NCBI RefSeq assembly: GCF_006345805.1
Contig: NC_043007.1
Coordinates: 50,592,001 to 50,656,000 of the forward strand
Origin: Octopus sinensis
Lineage: Eukaryota
Direction: 5' to 3'
Length of the DNA: 64,000 bases
How positions within the stretch are numbered: the stretch's first letter is position 1; the number at the start of each line of letters is the position of its first letter. Made by a program: the position numbers and the translations under genes. The notes beneath the pieces were generated by a model that had not been told where the DNA came from, ran no database searches, and saw nothing but the letters and a program-made list of their open reading frames with translations. Positions 14,480 through 28,478 of the stretch are shown piece after piece.

Positions 14480-16120
14480 TGTATACACGCACACATGCAT
14501 ACACATATGTACATATACACACACACGCAAAACTACACGCACTGCGGACACACATAAACGCACATATACCACCTACACACACACCACACTCATACCCACA
14601 ACACACACATTTTCACATACATACACACACATACACGCAAACACATACTCCCACTTCCTCCACCTCCGACGCTTATGCAACTGGGACCAGGATTTCGAGA
14701 CCCAGTTCCTGTACTTTGCCCTTCTGTTCATGCGTCGAGGATACTCCTCAACCCTTGTCCAAACAGCCTGTGCCCGTACTCGTCTAATCGATCGTACCAC
14801 CGCCCTCTCCCCTTCCCCACATCAATCCCCTAACTACACCCCTTTCCCTTCTTTTCCACATACACACATACACACACACAGCTGCACATACACACGCACG
14901 CACACAGGGACGCACATGTACCTTCCCATAACACAACCCCACGCGTACACTCACATACACGCATACGTACTCACACGCACACTTACAGGCACGTGCACAT
15001 ACATCAATCCACATATACCTCACATATACCGCCCACACACCACACACACACACAACACGCACATGCATGCACACACACAACACACACATGCACGCGCACA
15101 CACACGCATACACACGGGCACACGCACGTGCAAACGCACATACACACACGCACATGCACATGCACGCGCACACAACACAGTCATACTTACACGCACACAA
15201 TTACACATACATGGGCATATATAGACACACGCAGATACACGCACACACACACACGCACACACACGCACATACAAACGCACGCGCGCACACAGGAACGCAC
15301 ATATACTCCACACACAACACCACACACAGCCCCAGCACACATATACACACACGCACATAGACACACATGCACACACATACACACATAGACCCATGCATAC
15401 ACATACACACATAGACCCAAAATACACACACACATACATACACACACCAACGCATACACACATGCACACACATACACATGCATATACTCACACTCATACA
15501 TACACGCAAAAAATTACTCATAGATGGGCATATACACACACGCACATACACGAACACACAAGCACGCACGGATACTCACGGACACTCACACAGGGATACA
15601 CATTTACTACACTCACAAAACCTCCCACACATGCACATACACGCACAAACACGTATGAACACGCACAGACACATAGGAGCACACATTTACTCCACACGCA
15701 CATCCCCCCACACACATACACATACGCACATAAACATACTCAAACACGCATACACGCACACACTACACACAAAACACACACACAACATACATACACGCAC
15801 ACACATACATACATACGCACACACATACTTCAAACTGCCAGTCAAACACCTTTCTACTGACCATTCCTCTACGCATTTGTGAAGAGTCACACAGCTACAA
15901 AAAAGACCGCCAATCCTGTTACCGCGCTGCTGAATTCTTCCTACAATATTAAGAGACACAAAGTTCACCCTCACATACATATATAAACAGCCAAAACCAC
16001 ACGCACATCCCACACATACAACACATAAACGCACATACGCACGCAGACGTGCTATTACACATATAGACGTGCTATTGCACACACACACACATAGACTGGC
16101 GCACACGCACATACCCATTT
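14480..16120. repeat. Degenerate CA-rich low-complexity array (~1.6 kb)
   Basis: Imperfect (CA)n/(CATA)n/(CACG)n. The His/Thr-rich ORFs here are artefacts of the repeat. Confidence 0.9.
14644..14859 (+). repeat. 216-bp copy of 13442-13657 (PLE thumb region)
   Basis: Direct repeat with 4 substitutions by my count, embedded in a CA-rich array. Confidence 0.93.
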
Positions 16121-16124
16121 ATAC

Positions 16125-16380
16125 ACATACATACCCCCTTCTCTTACACTCTCCTGGAAGAACTTTTTCTTCACTCATTCCCTTCCGGTCATTTCAAAAT
16201 GTAACCACATGTGAATCATTGGCGATTTTCTTCCTCCGTCTTCCATTACTCTGTTTCTGAAGAGCGTTGCTCGAAACTTTAAGCCCTCTTTCTTTCCTTC
16301 CTTGAGAGTCTGCTGATACTTTACATGAACCAGGTCCTTGCGTTGTTGTTTTTTGTGTTTGTTCATCTTCTTTTCTTGGA
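16125..16380 (+). mobile_element. PLE-like 3' end with decayed hammerhead motif
   Basis: cttccggtcatttcaaaatgtaac...tctgaagagcgttgctcgaaac. Homologous to the minus-strand segment 43740-43975. Confidence 0.6.
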
Positions 16381-16805
16381 TATACTCTCTCTCTCTCTCT
16401 CTCTCTATATATAATAATATATATATATACACACAGAGATAGGTTGAACGGTGCCCTGTTATATTGCTCTGACGGACAGGTTCGAAGCACTCAAAACTGC
16501 GACTTCAATTTACACTCAAATTTTCAAACAGCATCCTATCCTGCCTGAATAGGAATAAAGAACGTACTCCACAATGAAGTCCTATATACACTTTGGGGAA
16601 GGGGGTTAAAGACGGTTACAGATTTTTTGCTTTTCTTGAAACCATTGATGTGTAGTTAAGAAGTATGTTTTGAAATCATGTGTTTTTGTGTTCAACCCCA
16701 CCTCAGAGCACAATCTGAAATTTGTTGCATGTATTATTCCGGGCTGGCCAATGCCGCATGATTGAATATTTTAAAACGCAACCTGCATACGAGCCGTTAT
16801 AAGTA

Positions 16806-16843
<38 letters not shown>

Positions 16844-16844
<1 letters not shown>

Positions 16845-17287
16845 TTCTGCTCAATACCACAGATTTGCTTGTCAGTTGTTTGGCCTTAACCAGTTGAGCA
16901 TGTCCCTTAGTGGCTGACGATATGTGCATCTCTGATCACGAGCAGAAGTAGTGGGGGAGCATCATGGCCATGTGTTGAGAGGGATTCTTTGGGGTTTGAA
17001 TAATTCACCTCTGGAAACATAGGTGTTTCGTTCAACATCCTAAAGCAACCCTTATTCAGGGACCTTTTGAGCAGGATGGGTTACTCAACCTGAAGAAAAT
17101 TCTAACTGGGCCCCACCAGCAAGGTCATGTGCTGTTTATCTTGATATGAGATCACCATGTCGCGCACATATGGTTGTGATGCATGTGCCTGGTGTACCTT
17201 TATCAGACGGGTAGTCATGATGGGTATATTGGGCTTCGTATATTTTACCCCAGTGTCACTTTGATGGCATGAACTGCTCTCTCACTC
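16844..17287 (-). mobile_element. Repeat family C, flanked on both sides by (AAT)n
   Basis: Reverse complement of the 9450 and 29939 copies. (aat)n at 16803-16843 and from 17288. Confidence 0.88.
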
Positions 17288-17401
<114 letters not shown>

Positions 17402-17809
17402 AAGAAGAAGAAGATGTAGAAAAAGAAGAAGAGGAGGAGGAGGAGGGAGAATGCGAGTGGGGAGATGATGATGATACGATAAAGCTATTACTGGTAAGAA
17501 ATAGATCCAAACTAAACATTGAATAAAGGACATTTATCCTAGGTACTACAGGGTGATTGAAATAGCAGTCAAAATGCACAGACGGTTTATTAGTCATCGA
17601 AGCTGAAGGAAGATTGATACGATAGTCTTATGAGAATGTTTATCGACAACACATGCACTAACGTTTTATTAAATTGAACTGGGTCTTTGCTAGAATGGAG
17701 TTGTTTTATTAGATAACCAAATATGTCCTCAGATAATTCTTACACCATGAATACGTATGTATGTATATATGTATGTATGTGTGTATTTATATGTATGTGT
17801 ATGTGTGTG

Positions 17810-17868
<59 letters not shown>

Positions 17869-18139
17869 TATAGTCTGTATAATACAAAAAGACTTCTTAT
17901 AACATCGGCCCACGTCATATAAGATTCACCTTAGAACTTAGTGTTAATGACTCATATACACTATGGCTCATAGAACCTGCAATCATAGAGCTTGACGCTT
18001 ATGGCTCATATAAACTAATTAAGATATAATTTATTAGTAATAAAGTCCGATAATTAAGAAGTTTATATATCACAGTTCTATGCTGACTTTGAAATCTACG
18101 AATTCAATATTGTGTTTGAAATTGTATCTTTTATACTTT

Positions 18140-18351
18140 TCTATTTTACTTGTTTCAATCATTAGACTGAGGTCATGCAGGGGCACTGCCTTAAAGAATT
18201 TTTAGTAAAATGAATCGACCCCAGTATCATTTCTTTTTTTCTCAAGCTAAGTTTCGGAGACTTAAACATACCAAGACGTGTTGGTGGAGGTAGAAATACA
18301 AACTCAAAGACACACACACACATGTGCACGACGTACGCACACACACACACA

Positions 18352-18382
<31 letters not shown>

Positions 18383-18386
18383 ACAC

Positions 18387-18475
<89 letters not shown>

Positions 18476-18830
18476 CATACGTTGGGCTTCTTTCAGTTTC
18501 CGTCAATCAGATTTACTCACAATGCTTTGGTCGGCTCAAGGCGAGCTGGCAGAAACGTTAGCACACCGGGCGAAATGCTTAGCGGAATTTCGTCTGCCAT
18601 TACGTTCTGAGTTCAAATTCCGCCGAGGTCGACTTTGCCTTTCATCCTTTCGGGGTCGATTAAATAAGTACCACTGGGGTCGATATAATCGACTTAATCC
18701 GTTCGTCTGTCCTTGTTTGTCCTCTTTGTGTTTAGCCCCTTGTGGGTAGTAAAGAAATAGGTACCACATAATGGGACTGAACCCGGAAACATGTGGTTTG
18801 GAAGCAAGCTTCTTACCCCGTAGCCACACC
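18140..18830 (-). mobile_element. SINE family B with central (CA)n/(TA)n and a nested family A SINE (18537-18765, +)
   Basis: B 3' end at ~18140-18230, B 5' part at ~18480-18536 and ~18765-18830. It is interrupted by aaggcgagctggcagaaacgttagc...aaagaaatagg. Confidence 0.8.
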
Positions 18831-19276
18831 TGATATCCATACTACATTTTACACTGGTGTCTTTAAAACGAAAAAGAATCTTAGGAACTGTGATTTCTTA
18901 ACCAAAATAAGCCCAGCAAATACAAGAGCTGCAATGTGAAATCCCACATCTGTCATCTTCCCAAATACACCTCTTTTCTTTCTTTTTTTCTTTTTTACTT
19001 TGGGGCTTACGTCTTTCTCTAATGGGAATATCTATAGTAAACTAAAACTTCTAACACTGCAGATGTAATTCTTCTGAAGCACAACATCAAAACAACATCT
19101 CTAAAAAGAACACAGCTACACAATAATCTCATCAAAACTACAAAACAATAACAACAACATCGTGTACAGAAAATCAAAAAGGAGTATAAAACACAAATAA
19201 TGGCTTAAACGAATGAAAAACAAACAAAAAGACATTCAACAATACGCGAATAATAATAATGGCGGTTGTAGTGTGC

Positions 19277-19339
<63 letters not shown>

Positions 19340-19623
19340 CAGCAGCAGTAGTAGAAGTAGAAGTAGTAGCAGCAGCAGCAATAATACTATTCATAATAAT
19401 AATAAAATAATAACAACAACGACAATAATAATAATGTCGCAAGCGAGGAAAAATAGCAAGAGGGATGCCAAAATAAAAGGGTTTCCCACGCATGTTTCCT
19501 ACAATTATACATGCACCTATAAACAACTCTACATAAAAGCACTCATTAAGTAAAATATTTTCAGTAGACGCTAGGAAGCGCGTACACACGTACAAAGTAA
19601 AACAAAAACATACACCATTGTGT

Positions 19624-19671
<48 letters not shown>

Positions 19672-19679
19672 TAGATAAT

Positions 19680-19764
<85 letters not shown>

Positions 19765-20467
19765 CACACAAACATGCACATATACACGCACACATATATA
19801 TATATATATATATATATAGATAGATTGATAGATAGATAAACACATACATACACACGCACATATATATACGTCGGTGTATACAGTTATATGTATACATATA
19901 TGTATACATGTACTTATATATGTATATACATATATATGTAAATATATATATATACATATAATTTTATGTATATATCTGTATATATATATATATTATTATA
20001 TATATATATATATATATATTAATATATAATACATTATCATGTATTATACATACATCTATACATACATACATACATACATACATACATACATACATGTGTG
20101 TATCTAATGTATCTACGTATGTATGTATATATTGCAGAGAAGCTACAGTTCAGCAGCGACTAGTTTAGTGGAACCGGCGTCTTTCTGGCGCGATATCTCC
20201 ATTCAGCCAAAACTTTGCTATCATCCGTTGGTGCCTACATAAATATATATACATGTGTAGAAAAATAATTCATTCCTGCAGACAGATGAATCCCTGTTTT
20301 GTGTAGTTCTATTTGAATTTGAGTTTATTATTCCATGAAACCCACATATATATGTTTTCATAAATGAAGGCATACATACATTCATATACATACATTTATA
20401 CACAAATACATGCAGACATATATAGATGCAATTTAATACATGCATCCATGCAAATATGTGTAAGCTG

Positions 20468-20626
20468 GCACGAGCGTGGATGTACGGTAAGAAGCATACT
20501 TCCCAACCAAATGGTTCCGGGTTCAGTCCCACTGCGTGGCACCTTCGACAAGCGTCTTCTACTGTAGCCTCGGGCCAACCAAAGCCTTTGGATTTGGTTG
20601 ACAGAAACTGAAAGAAACCCGTCGTA
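20468..20626 (+). mobile_element. SINE family B, 5' part abutting a Tc1 relic
   Basis: ggtaagaagcatacttcccaacc...gaaactgaaagaaacccgtcgtat. Confidence 0.8.
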
Positions 20627-21619
20627 TTGTGATCTGGGGACTGTGGTCGCCAGATAAGATGTTCAACTTCACTAGAATGTTCCTCGTGCCATTCAATAAC
20701 AACTTTAGCTGTGTAAATTGGTGCATTATCATCCTGAAAGATTGTTTCACTCCGGAAACAGTTCCGCAACTATAGGATGAATTTGATCAGATAAAATGCT
20801 TAAATATTGTTGACTATTAATTCTGCCATGAATGGAGACCATTGATCCGGCGGATTTTCAAGATATAGCCCTCTCCATATCATCACAGATCATCCTACAT
20901 GTTTAAGAGTTGGAAGAAGGCAGTCTGGGTCAAATGCTTGTTTCGGCTGTCTCCCCACAGCCGGTGGTCAGAAATAAGGTAAAGGATGACTCGTCTGAGA
21001 AAATAACATTCTTCCACTGCTCTAGGGACTAATTCTGTAGGTTTTTACCCTACTGTAAATGCTTTGCAACATTTGTTTTTGAAAGTAATGTTTTTCTGAT
21101 TGCAACCCTCCCGTGAAATCTGGCTTTGTGCAGCTCCTGGCAAACAGATTTTGTGGAAACTGGGTTCTTGAGAAGATCATTAAGCTCTGCAGCAATTTTG
21201 GAAGCTATACTTTTGTGATCCTTTCTAACAATGCGTCTAAGAGTCCGATGGTCCCTATCTGTAAGTTTTGGTTTTGTTTCGAAGAGGAAGTTCTTCCCTC
21301 TTTCTCAAAGGCTGTCATTACTTTCGAGACAGTACTTCTTGATACACTAAACATTTCGGCTGTTTTTATTAGGCTAGCGCCTGCCATACTTTTTCCAGCA
21401 ATTTTACATCCTTCAAAGTGCGATACATCTGTCAATTTAATGAATTTTAATTCCTTTTTTCTGATGATATCTAAAGAGAAACAGCAATTTTAGTAAAATT
21501 TATTAAGCAACACAAATAAAAAAAAAAACAAAAATAAATAAGCTCTTGATGGTTTTATAGATATTTCAAAATTATGATGCTATGATGCTAGGTGTTTCTA
21601 TGATTTTGTCTAACCCCTG
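20627..21619 (-). mobile_element. Tc1-like DNA transposon relic with left TIR
   Basis: MTDVSHF...AGASLIKTAEMFSVSRSTVSKVMTAFEKEG; FQDDNAPIYTAK; W-PQSPDHN. The terminus reads TA-caggggttagacaaaatcatagaaacacc (21591-21621). Confidence 0.88.
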
Positions 21620-21626
21620 TATATAT

Positions 21627-21670
<44 letters not shown>

Positions 21671-22418
21671 TCCGTGTGTGTGTGTATGTATGTATGTATG
21701 TACGTATGTATATAGATAGATATAGATATATGTGTGTGTATACATAAATATAAGTATATACATACAAACATATGAATACATACCTGCACACATAAATGTA
21801 CAATTTGCTTCTGTGTGTGTACATGTATGTGTGGGTGTGTGTGAGTGTGTGTGAGTGTGTATGTGTGTGTGTATGTGGGTGGGTTTGCGTGTGCGTGTGC
21901 GCGTGCGTGTGTTTGTGCCTACGTGTGTAAAAGTGTGTGCTTTTTGTGCTCCTGAACGTGTGTATGTTTAACTTGTCTGCTAATGGTTGCGTATGCTAGT
22001 ATGTGTTTTTCTTGTTGTATAGTCTTCTGTAAGCAGTCTTTACAAATGTACTTGTGTGACCAACAACGAGCCAGTCGGAAAACTTCCTGTTTCATATCAA
22101 TGTTTATTTACGTCCAACGTCGACTTAATGTAGTTTGAGCAACGAGTTTACAGTTTGTCCACCTTTTGCTTGAGCACTAAAGTCGGGGAGCCGGGATGTG
22201 TTGGGATTTTAACTGTTTTCTTTTTTTTTTTTGTATTTCAAATATTTATGTATTTTATACTGCTGGTTTTGATGTGTGCGTAATTTTGTTTGATCGTTTT
22301 TATTTCTTATTGTTTCTTTTCTCTTTTCTTAATCGAGCAGACAACTTAATATCCTTTCATACCAATTGTGTTATGTGATATATATATATACACACATACG
22401 CACGCACACACACACACA

Positions 22419-22489
<71 letters not shown>

Positions 22490-22518
22490 ACACACTCGCG
22501 CACGCACGCACTCACACT

Positions 22519-22960
22519 CTAGCTGAGTATCCTGTCGTTACCGGATAATTTTCACGATAGAAATGCCTTTTGGAATAGCATGCCCACATATGTTTATTTT
22601 CTATTTTGACGTCGATTTTTCAATTTTCTCTTTTCACCACACTTTTGCAAATGATGGGGGAAACATTTTATGAATACGAAATTTTGAAAATTTATGAATC
22701 CCTTTCACCTACCCCCATCCCAACCTACTAGAGAGATTTTCTCCAATTTCTTTTTGCACTACGCACTTTAATGCAATGCGAGACATCTTTTCGGTAAAAA
22801 TACAATTATTTTGGAAATTTATGACCATTTTTACCCCCACATCCCTCTTAGTACTGATTTTGGCCAATTTGTTTTTGCACTACCCAAGGAAAAACGATGG
22901 AAAAAGCCTTATCGTTAATAATCCTAAAATTTTGGCTTTTTTTTTTTTTTTCAAAATTTG
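22519..22960 (+). mobile_element. Possible non-autonomous Helitron-like repeat
   Basis: Starts tctagctgagtatcctgtcgttaccgg and has an internal diverged subrepeat (accccc...ccaattt.tttttgcactac twice). The family assignment is from pattern memory only. Confidence 0.3.
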
Positions 22961-23297
22961 TTTTTAATTATAGCTTTAAAATACAGATAGTCCAAATCTG
23001 CAATTTCTGTCTTTAATTTCAAAATTATTTTCTGACAAAAAGGTGTTTGATTTAAGGGAAATATAGCTGTTTTTTCAGCATATCCCACGACCACCAAGTA
23101 CCTTACTCCTTTCTCTGTTACTCTGACATATTAATGTTTTTGATACTTTGATCATCATAAGATCATTGGATGGAATGATAATGCGGAAGTAACGGTTTTG
23201 TTTCGCCCAAGGAGTTTGGTCGTTGGGATTTAAACTACAAAAAAAAGTTTTGAAATCTAAAATTTTAAACGCCACACCGCACCAAGCGAGTCCGACC

Positions 23298-23348
<51 letters not shown>

Positions 23349-24398
23349 TGTGTACGTGTGTGTGTCTGTGTGTATGTGTGTGTGTGTGAGTGTGTGTGTC
23401 TATGTGTGTCTGTATGTGTGTTTGTGTCAGAAAAAAACATTCAATAACAGGAATTTATGCTATTAAAATAAACATCCTTTGCATACCTTCTTTAAATCAC
23501 TCTGTCACTTTAAAACTATATACTTCTAGCAAGGCATAGTGCTGCCACCTCTAGCCAACGGTTATCCTGTGCCGATGAAGAGAAATAGACCAGAAACCAT
23601 TGATCACTAGGTAACGTTTAGGATTGAGTGGAGACATTAGCTCCTTTGTTCAAGGTACAAGGACGTAGTTGTGCGTTGATAGCCAGCAGGAAAAGTTGTT
23701 TAGCTGAGGCTAAAAAGGGTAGTAACGCCGTCCTAATCAGGCTTGCCACGTTACTTTGGCAAATTGACTTTACTCTCTCTCTCTTTCTATATATATATAT
23801 ATATTTCTTTCCATGCCCAATTAATTCAAATTTGAAAAATTAAATTTGGATTCATATTGAATATAGTTAATTGAACATTTCATCAAGGTCAGAACTTGAT
23901 AGAAAAGCAACTACTTTCCAATGTTTTGATATATCATTGGCAAACTCAGAATTAAGTTCAGATATGTGCGTTTATATACTCCACTATATTTTTAAAAAAC
24001 CTTTACTCGTGTATATGCAATTTTTTTTGTAGTGCATTTGTGCGCGTGTGCGTATTAGTGTGTTGTAAAACAAAGGAGCAGTTAGGTTGCATAACCGATA
24101 TTTTCGATAATTAAAACATTTATTCCAAATTTTCATTATTACTTGTCAGAGTACGAAATGTCAGCAAAGTTTTTAATTAAGTCACCTAGTTAAAACATCT
24201 ATAATTAATAATTAAATATTAATTTTTATTTTTATAACTTAAAGCATAAATCATAGTTGGTTTCAGTAAATTGATGCCTGCATATCAATTTCTCCATTTT
24301 CTTTTTCTGATACATACAACATGATACTATATCCATATCCATTAATGTGAAGTTGACATCTGTTAGTATTTCACTGATACACTGGATAAAACCGGGAA

Positions 24399-24436
<38 letters not shown>

Positions 24437-24438
24437 GC

Positions 24439-24596
24439 AGCGTGGAAGGTGTTTATAAGCCATTTAAGAAACACACAAAATCCGTTAGAATCACTTCAAA
24501 GCGACGAAAATATTTTGTCAAATTAAATTTAAATGTTGAAGTGAATCTAACGGATTTTGTGTGTTTCTTAAATGGCTTATAAACACCTTCCACGCT
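24439..24596. repeat. Inverted repeat, 61-bp arms with a 36-bp spacer, inside a (TA)n-flanked element
   Basis: 24439-24499 is the reverse complement of 24536-24596 with one mismatch. (TA)n lies at ~24403-24432 and ~24666-24720. Confidence 0.93.
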
Positions 24597-24661
24597 TCTA
24601 TTGTTTTCGTTCCAGCACACGATCTCAGATCAGATCACTTGCTATGCACGTACATCTCCGT

Positions 24662-24719
<58 letters not shown>

Positions 24720-24835
24720 GCAAAAAAAGCAACAAAATTAAGACTTATAGAACAAACATATTGTTTTGAGACTTAGGAAATGAATGTGTGCGCAGGCGTG
24801 GAATTCATATGCCGAGCAGACGTTAATATAATATT

Positions 24836-24991
24836 GGTTTCCAATTTTGAGAGAAGGCCAGCAGTTTCAGAGGGAGTTGATTACATGAACTCCAGTGTTC
24901 AACTGGTCCATATTTTATCGATTACGAAAGGATAAAAGCCAATGCCGCTAAGTATTTCGCCCAGCGAGCTATTTTGCCAGCTCACCGCCTT
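24836..24991 (-). mobile_element. SINE family A, degenerate
   Basis: Ends tttgccagctcaccgcctt, the reverse complement of the family A head. Confidence 0.7.
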
Positions 24992-25899
24992 AGACGTTGA
25001 TATAACATTTAAAACTCATGAAAAATGTGAAAATGTGTGCCGAACAATATAGATATCTATTAATACTAAACCTGTTTTATGTCTGGAAGATGGGAGTAGT
25101 GTGTTATGTAAGGGAGTCAGAAGTGATTGTAACTGAATCGCTTAGGAGAGGGTTAATTTGTAATGCTCACACATACTATCTATATAATGTAACCAAATTA
25201 GTTACTTTAATGTTGTATTAAGTTCCTAAATTTTGGAGAAGTATCACTCGGCACAGATGTGCAGCTGCAGAACACTTTCGACCCAACAATCCCATGATGC
25301 TCAAGTAATCAGTCGCACGTGGAATCAAAAAATCTAATTCTAGTTTTGTTGTGGCTTTTGTTGAATGTGTTATTAAAAAGGGGAAACAGGCAAAACAGTG
25401 ACTATCGGGGCACCCAACACAAAAATGCCAAAAATGTAGACATTTCATAAAAAGGTCCCCCTCTTCTTTCTTTTTCTCTCTCTCTCGAAAAAAAGAGAAA
25501 GAAGAAAAACGTATAAAATTGCGAAATATATAAATCTGTATTGGTTAACAATGAGCTAGTATGAAAATGTGCAATTGTGCTAATAGTGTGCACAGCTGCA
25601 TATGAATATTGTTGTTCTCCATGCACTAAATCTACTGCACTATTTTAATAGTTGCAGCAAAAGATAAACACATTCAGGCACGAAACTGAACAAACCAGAT
25701 AAACTAGAAAACGCATAATACACAGGCACACATTATATGTACACGCAGATACACACACACACACACACACTCACATATATACATATGCGTACACACTAAC
25801 ATATCCATTTCTAAATTCATGTACGTGTCGGTTTATAACGTATGCTTGAGAGGTCAGTGTAAATGGGTGTAAATATGTGTATAAAAAACGTTATTATAC

Positions 25900-26085
25900 G
25901 AGTGGACGGCACGGACACGGCAGTGTCGGGTTCAATTCCGGATCGTGTTTTCTTTCGGGTATTACTGTTCCGAATGCAAATCACTTTAGGGACAACTTTA
26001 CGATAAATGCCACTCCAACAATACATCAATCTAATAGTTGGTTGTCCTTCCTCAAAATGTTGACTTTGTGCCAAGACGAGAAACA
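25900..26085 (+). mobile_element. SINE family A, degenerate
   Basis: gggttcaattcc...cctcaaaatgttgactttgtgccaa...gaaac. Confidence 0.5.
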
Positions 26086-26795
26086 AATACTATAAAATAT
26101 ATTCGTCTGGTAGATTCTTGAAAATGTCATCTATAGATGACATTCTTCTCATATTCCTCTCATGTATACTCACAGTGGATAGTAAGGAGAGCTGAACTGA
26201 CAAGTAACTGTCAATCGCACTCTTAACTTTTATGCGGCTCAGTCTACTTACCTGTAAATATGCACCACATGTTTGGAATATCTAACAGCTGCAAACCACA
26301 TTAACAGAACGGTTGTACATGGACTTGTGCTCTATTTGCAATTTTACTCTGAATTGTTATAGAGGGGACATAGTAGTAAACATTAACATAAGGGGTGAGT
26401 CAATAATGATTTAGTAAATAGGAGAGGGAGAAGGAGGCCAACAGTGGGTTAAAATGGTTTAAAAACGGGATAAATCGGTTTGCCGTGGATAAGAGTAAAA
26501 ATATGAGGTCTTGGACACAATTATTGGTCGGTTATATATGGAAGCGGGTACAGATTTCATCAAAGTGGCTTACTTCATATAGCATAGATAAGCATCGTGT
26601 GTTTTGTGGTGCTTCTAAGATCATTGGTTTAAGGGGAAACAACGCCATCACCGATGTAGCAAAGACATTAATTCTTTATAGCTTCTTTAGAATTAAGGAT
26701 GTCTCTGGGTATTTGTGCTTGTGAAAGGGGTGGTTATTTCTTAAGGAAAGGCAAAAAGAGTCAGCAAGGTAATCTCTACAGGGTCTTTCGATATA

Positions 26796-26838
<43 letters not shown>

Positions 26839-26935
26839 GCTGCTGCTGCTACTGCTGCTGCTGCCTCTGCTGGAGCAGCTACTACTGCTACTGCTGCTGC
26901 TACTGCTACAGTTACTGCTGCTACTGCTGTCACTT

Positions 26936-26971
<36 letters not shown>

Positions 26972-27526
26972 ATGATGATGCCACTGCTGCTGCCACTGCT
27001 GCCGCCACTGCTGCCGCCACTGCTGCTGGCACTGCTGCTGTTGCTGCTGCTTTCTTACTGAATAGTAAATCGGTGAATGAAATTATTTCTTGTGTATATT
27101 TATGAGAGAGAGAAAGATTTGTGTGTGCGCTTTTTTCTTTACCATCGCCGAGCCTCCCAGAGTCTATGTCTATCTCCACCATAAAAGAGGCTCAGCACTT
27201 CCGGCCTGCCTGTTTGAAAAGTTGTCAATATTAACAAAGTGCAATAGTCGGTGCGAAACCTGTGGAAACATTCTGACCAATCATATGTCATAACCAATAT
27301 GTAAAATATACATACCTGTGTGTGTGTGTGTGTGGGGGGGGGTATGTGTGAAGGACTCTCCCATCGAAGGCGACGGATGAATGTTCAGCTTTTGCCGAGC
27401 GACCTGCACAAATAATTTGATTACAGTAATCAAAATGTTCGTGCCGCACATTAACTACACTCTTCATCAAATCAATGTTTATATATATATTTGTGTGTAA
27501 TAGATAGATAGATAGATAGATAGATA

Positions 27527-28301
27527 TGTTTCTTTATTAGCCACACATGGCTGCACACAGATAGAACAAATTACAAGGTAGAGCTTTTCTTTTGGGGGTA
27601 AAAAAAAGGGAGTGGTGGTTTTCGATCAAAAGGGATCGTAAAAGGAAAGAAAGAGGACTAAAAAAAGGGAGGGGTTAATAAAAAAAAAAAAAAGGTGGGG
27701 GGAGAGCAAAAAAATTGATCAATAGGGATCGTTATCACAGAAGTGTCAATATGAAGTGTAAAGGGAGAACAGGTGAGTTTTACCCGTGGAAAGAAAAGCC
27801 TACGGAAAAGACCACGGTAACCTCGGTCAATGAAGTCACATGTTATATTTCTTTTTTTTTTTTGCAAATAAGCAACTCTCTGTATTAATTTTTATGGTTC
27901 ATAGAATCATAGTCAAGGTGGCTTCGTCATTCATACGTGCCATCCTTGCTACATTCACCCATCTTTTTTTAAAACATTCACTAGACAAAACTTGCCTCTC
28001 TACTCTCACTTTCCTCTTCAAGTGATACTTGAAGAAGTTGATGAGAGATTGACCAGAGAGGAAAGTGTTTGTCTCTAATCCTTTCAGGCGCGTCCACCAG
28101 ATACATTCTTTCGCCATAGCCACAAGTATGATAAAAATAGCTCTTCCTTCCCGTTTGAAGGAAGGAGGCGTGACGATATTAACGATAGACTCGGCTGATA
28201 AACCGACACGTCCCACACGTGACAGCAGTCGTTCGACATAAGCCCACAGGTCGGAAATTGCTGGACACTGCACGATTGCGTGCAGAGCGGTTTCGTCGCT
28301 C
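27527..28301 (-). mobile_element. Tx1/L1-type LINE 3' fragment inside (GATA)n
   Basis: [26 protein letters not shown]...KRWVNVA (C-terminal zinc-knuckle region of ORF2), then a 3' UTR with AATAAA (27533-27538). (TAGA)n lies at 27500-27526 and 28302-28478. Confidence 0.75.
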
Positions 28302-28380
<79 letters not shown>

Positions 28381-28390
28381 AAGACAGACT

Positions 28391-28478
<88 letters not shown>

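Noticed and set aside
23570-23615. ccgatgaagag...ccagaaacc hammerhead-like string
   Set aside because: No helix II, III or I closure.
26245-26340. Minus-strand consensus donor (acag|gtaagt) with a short open frame
   Set aside because: Weak acceptor and no recognisable protein motif.
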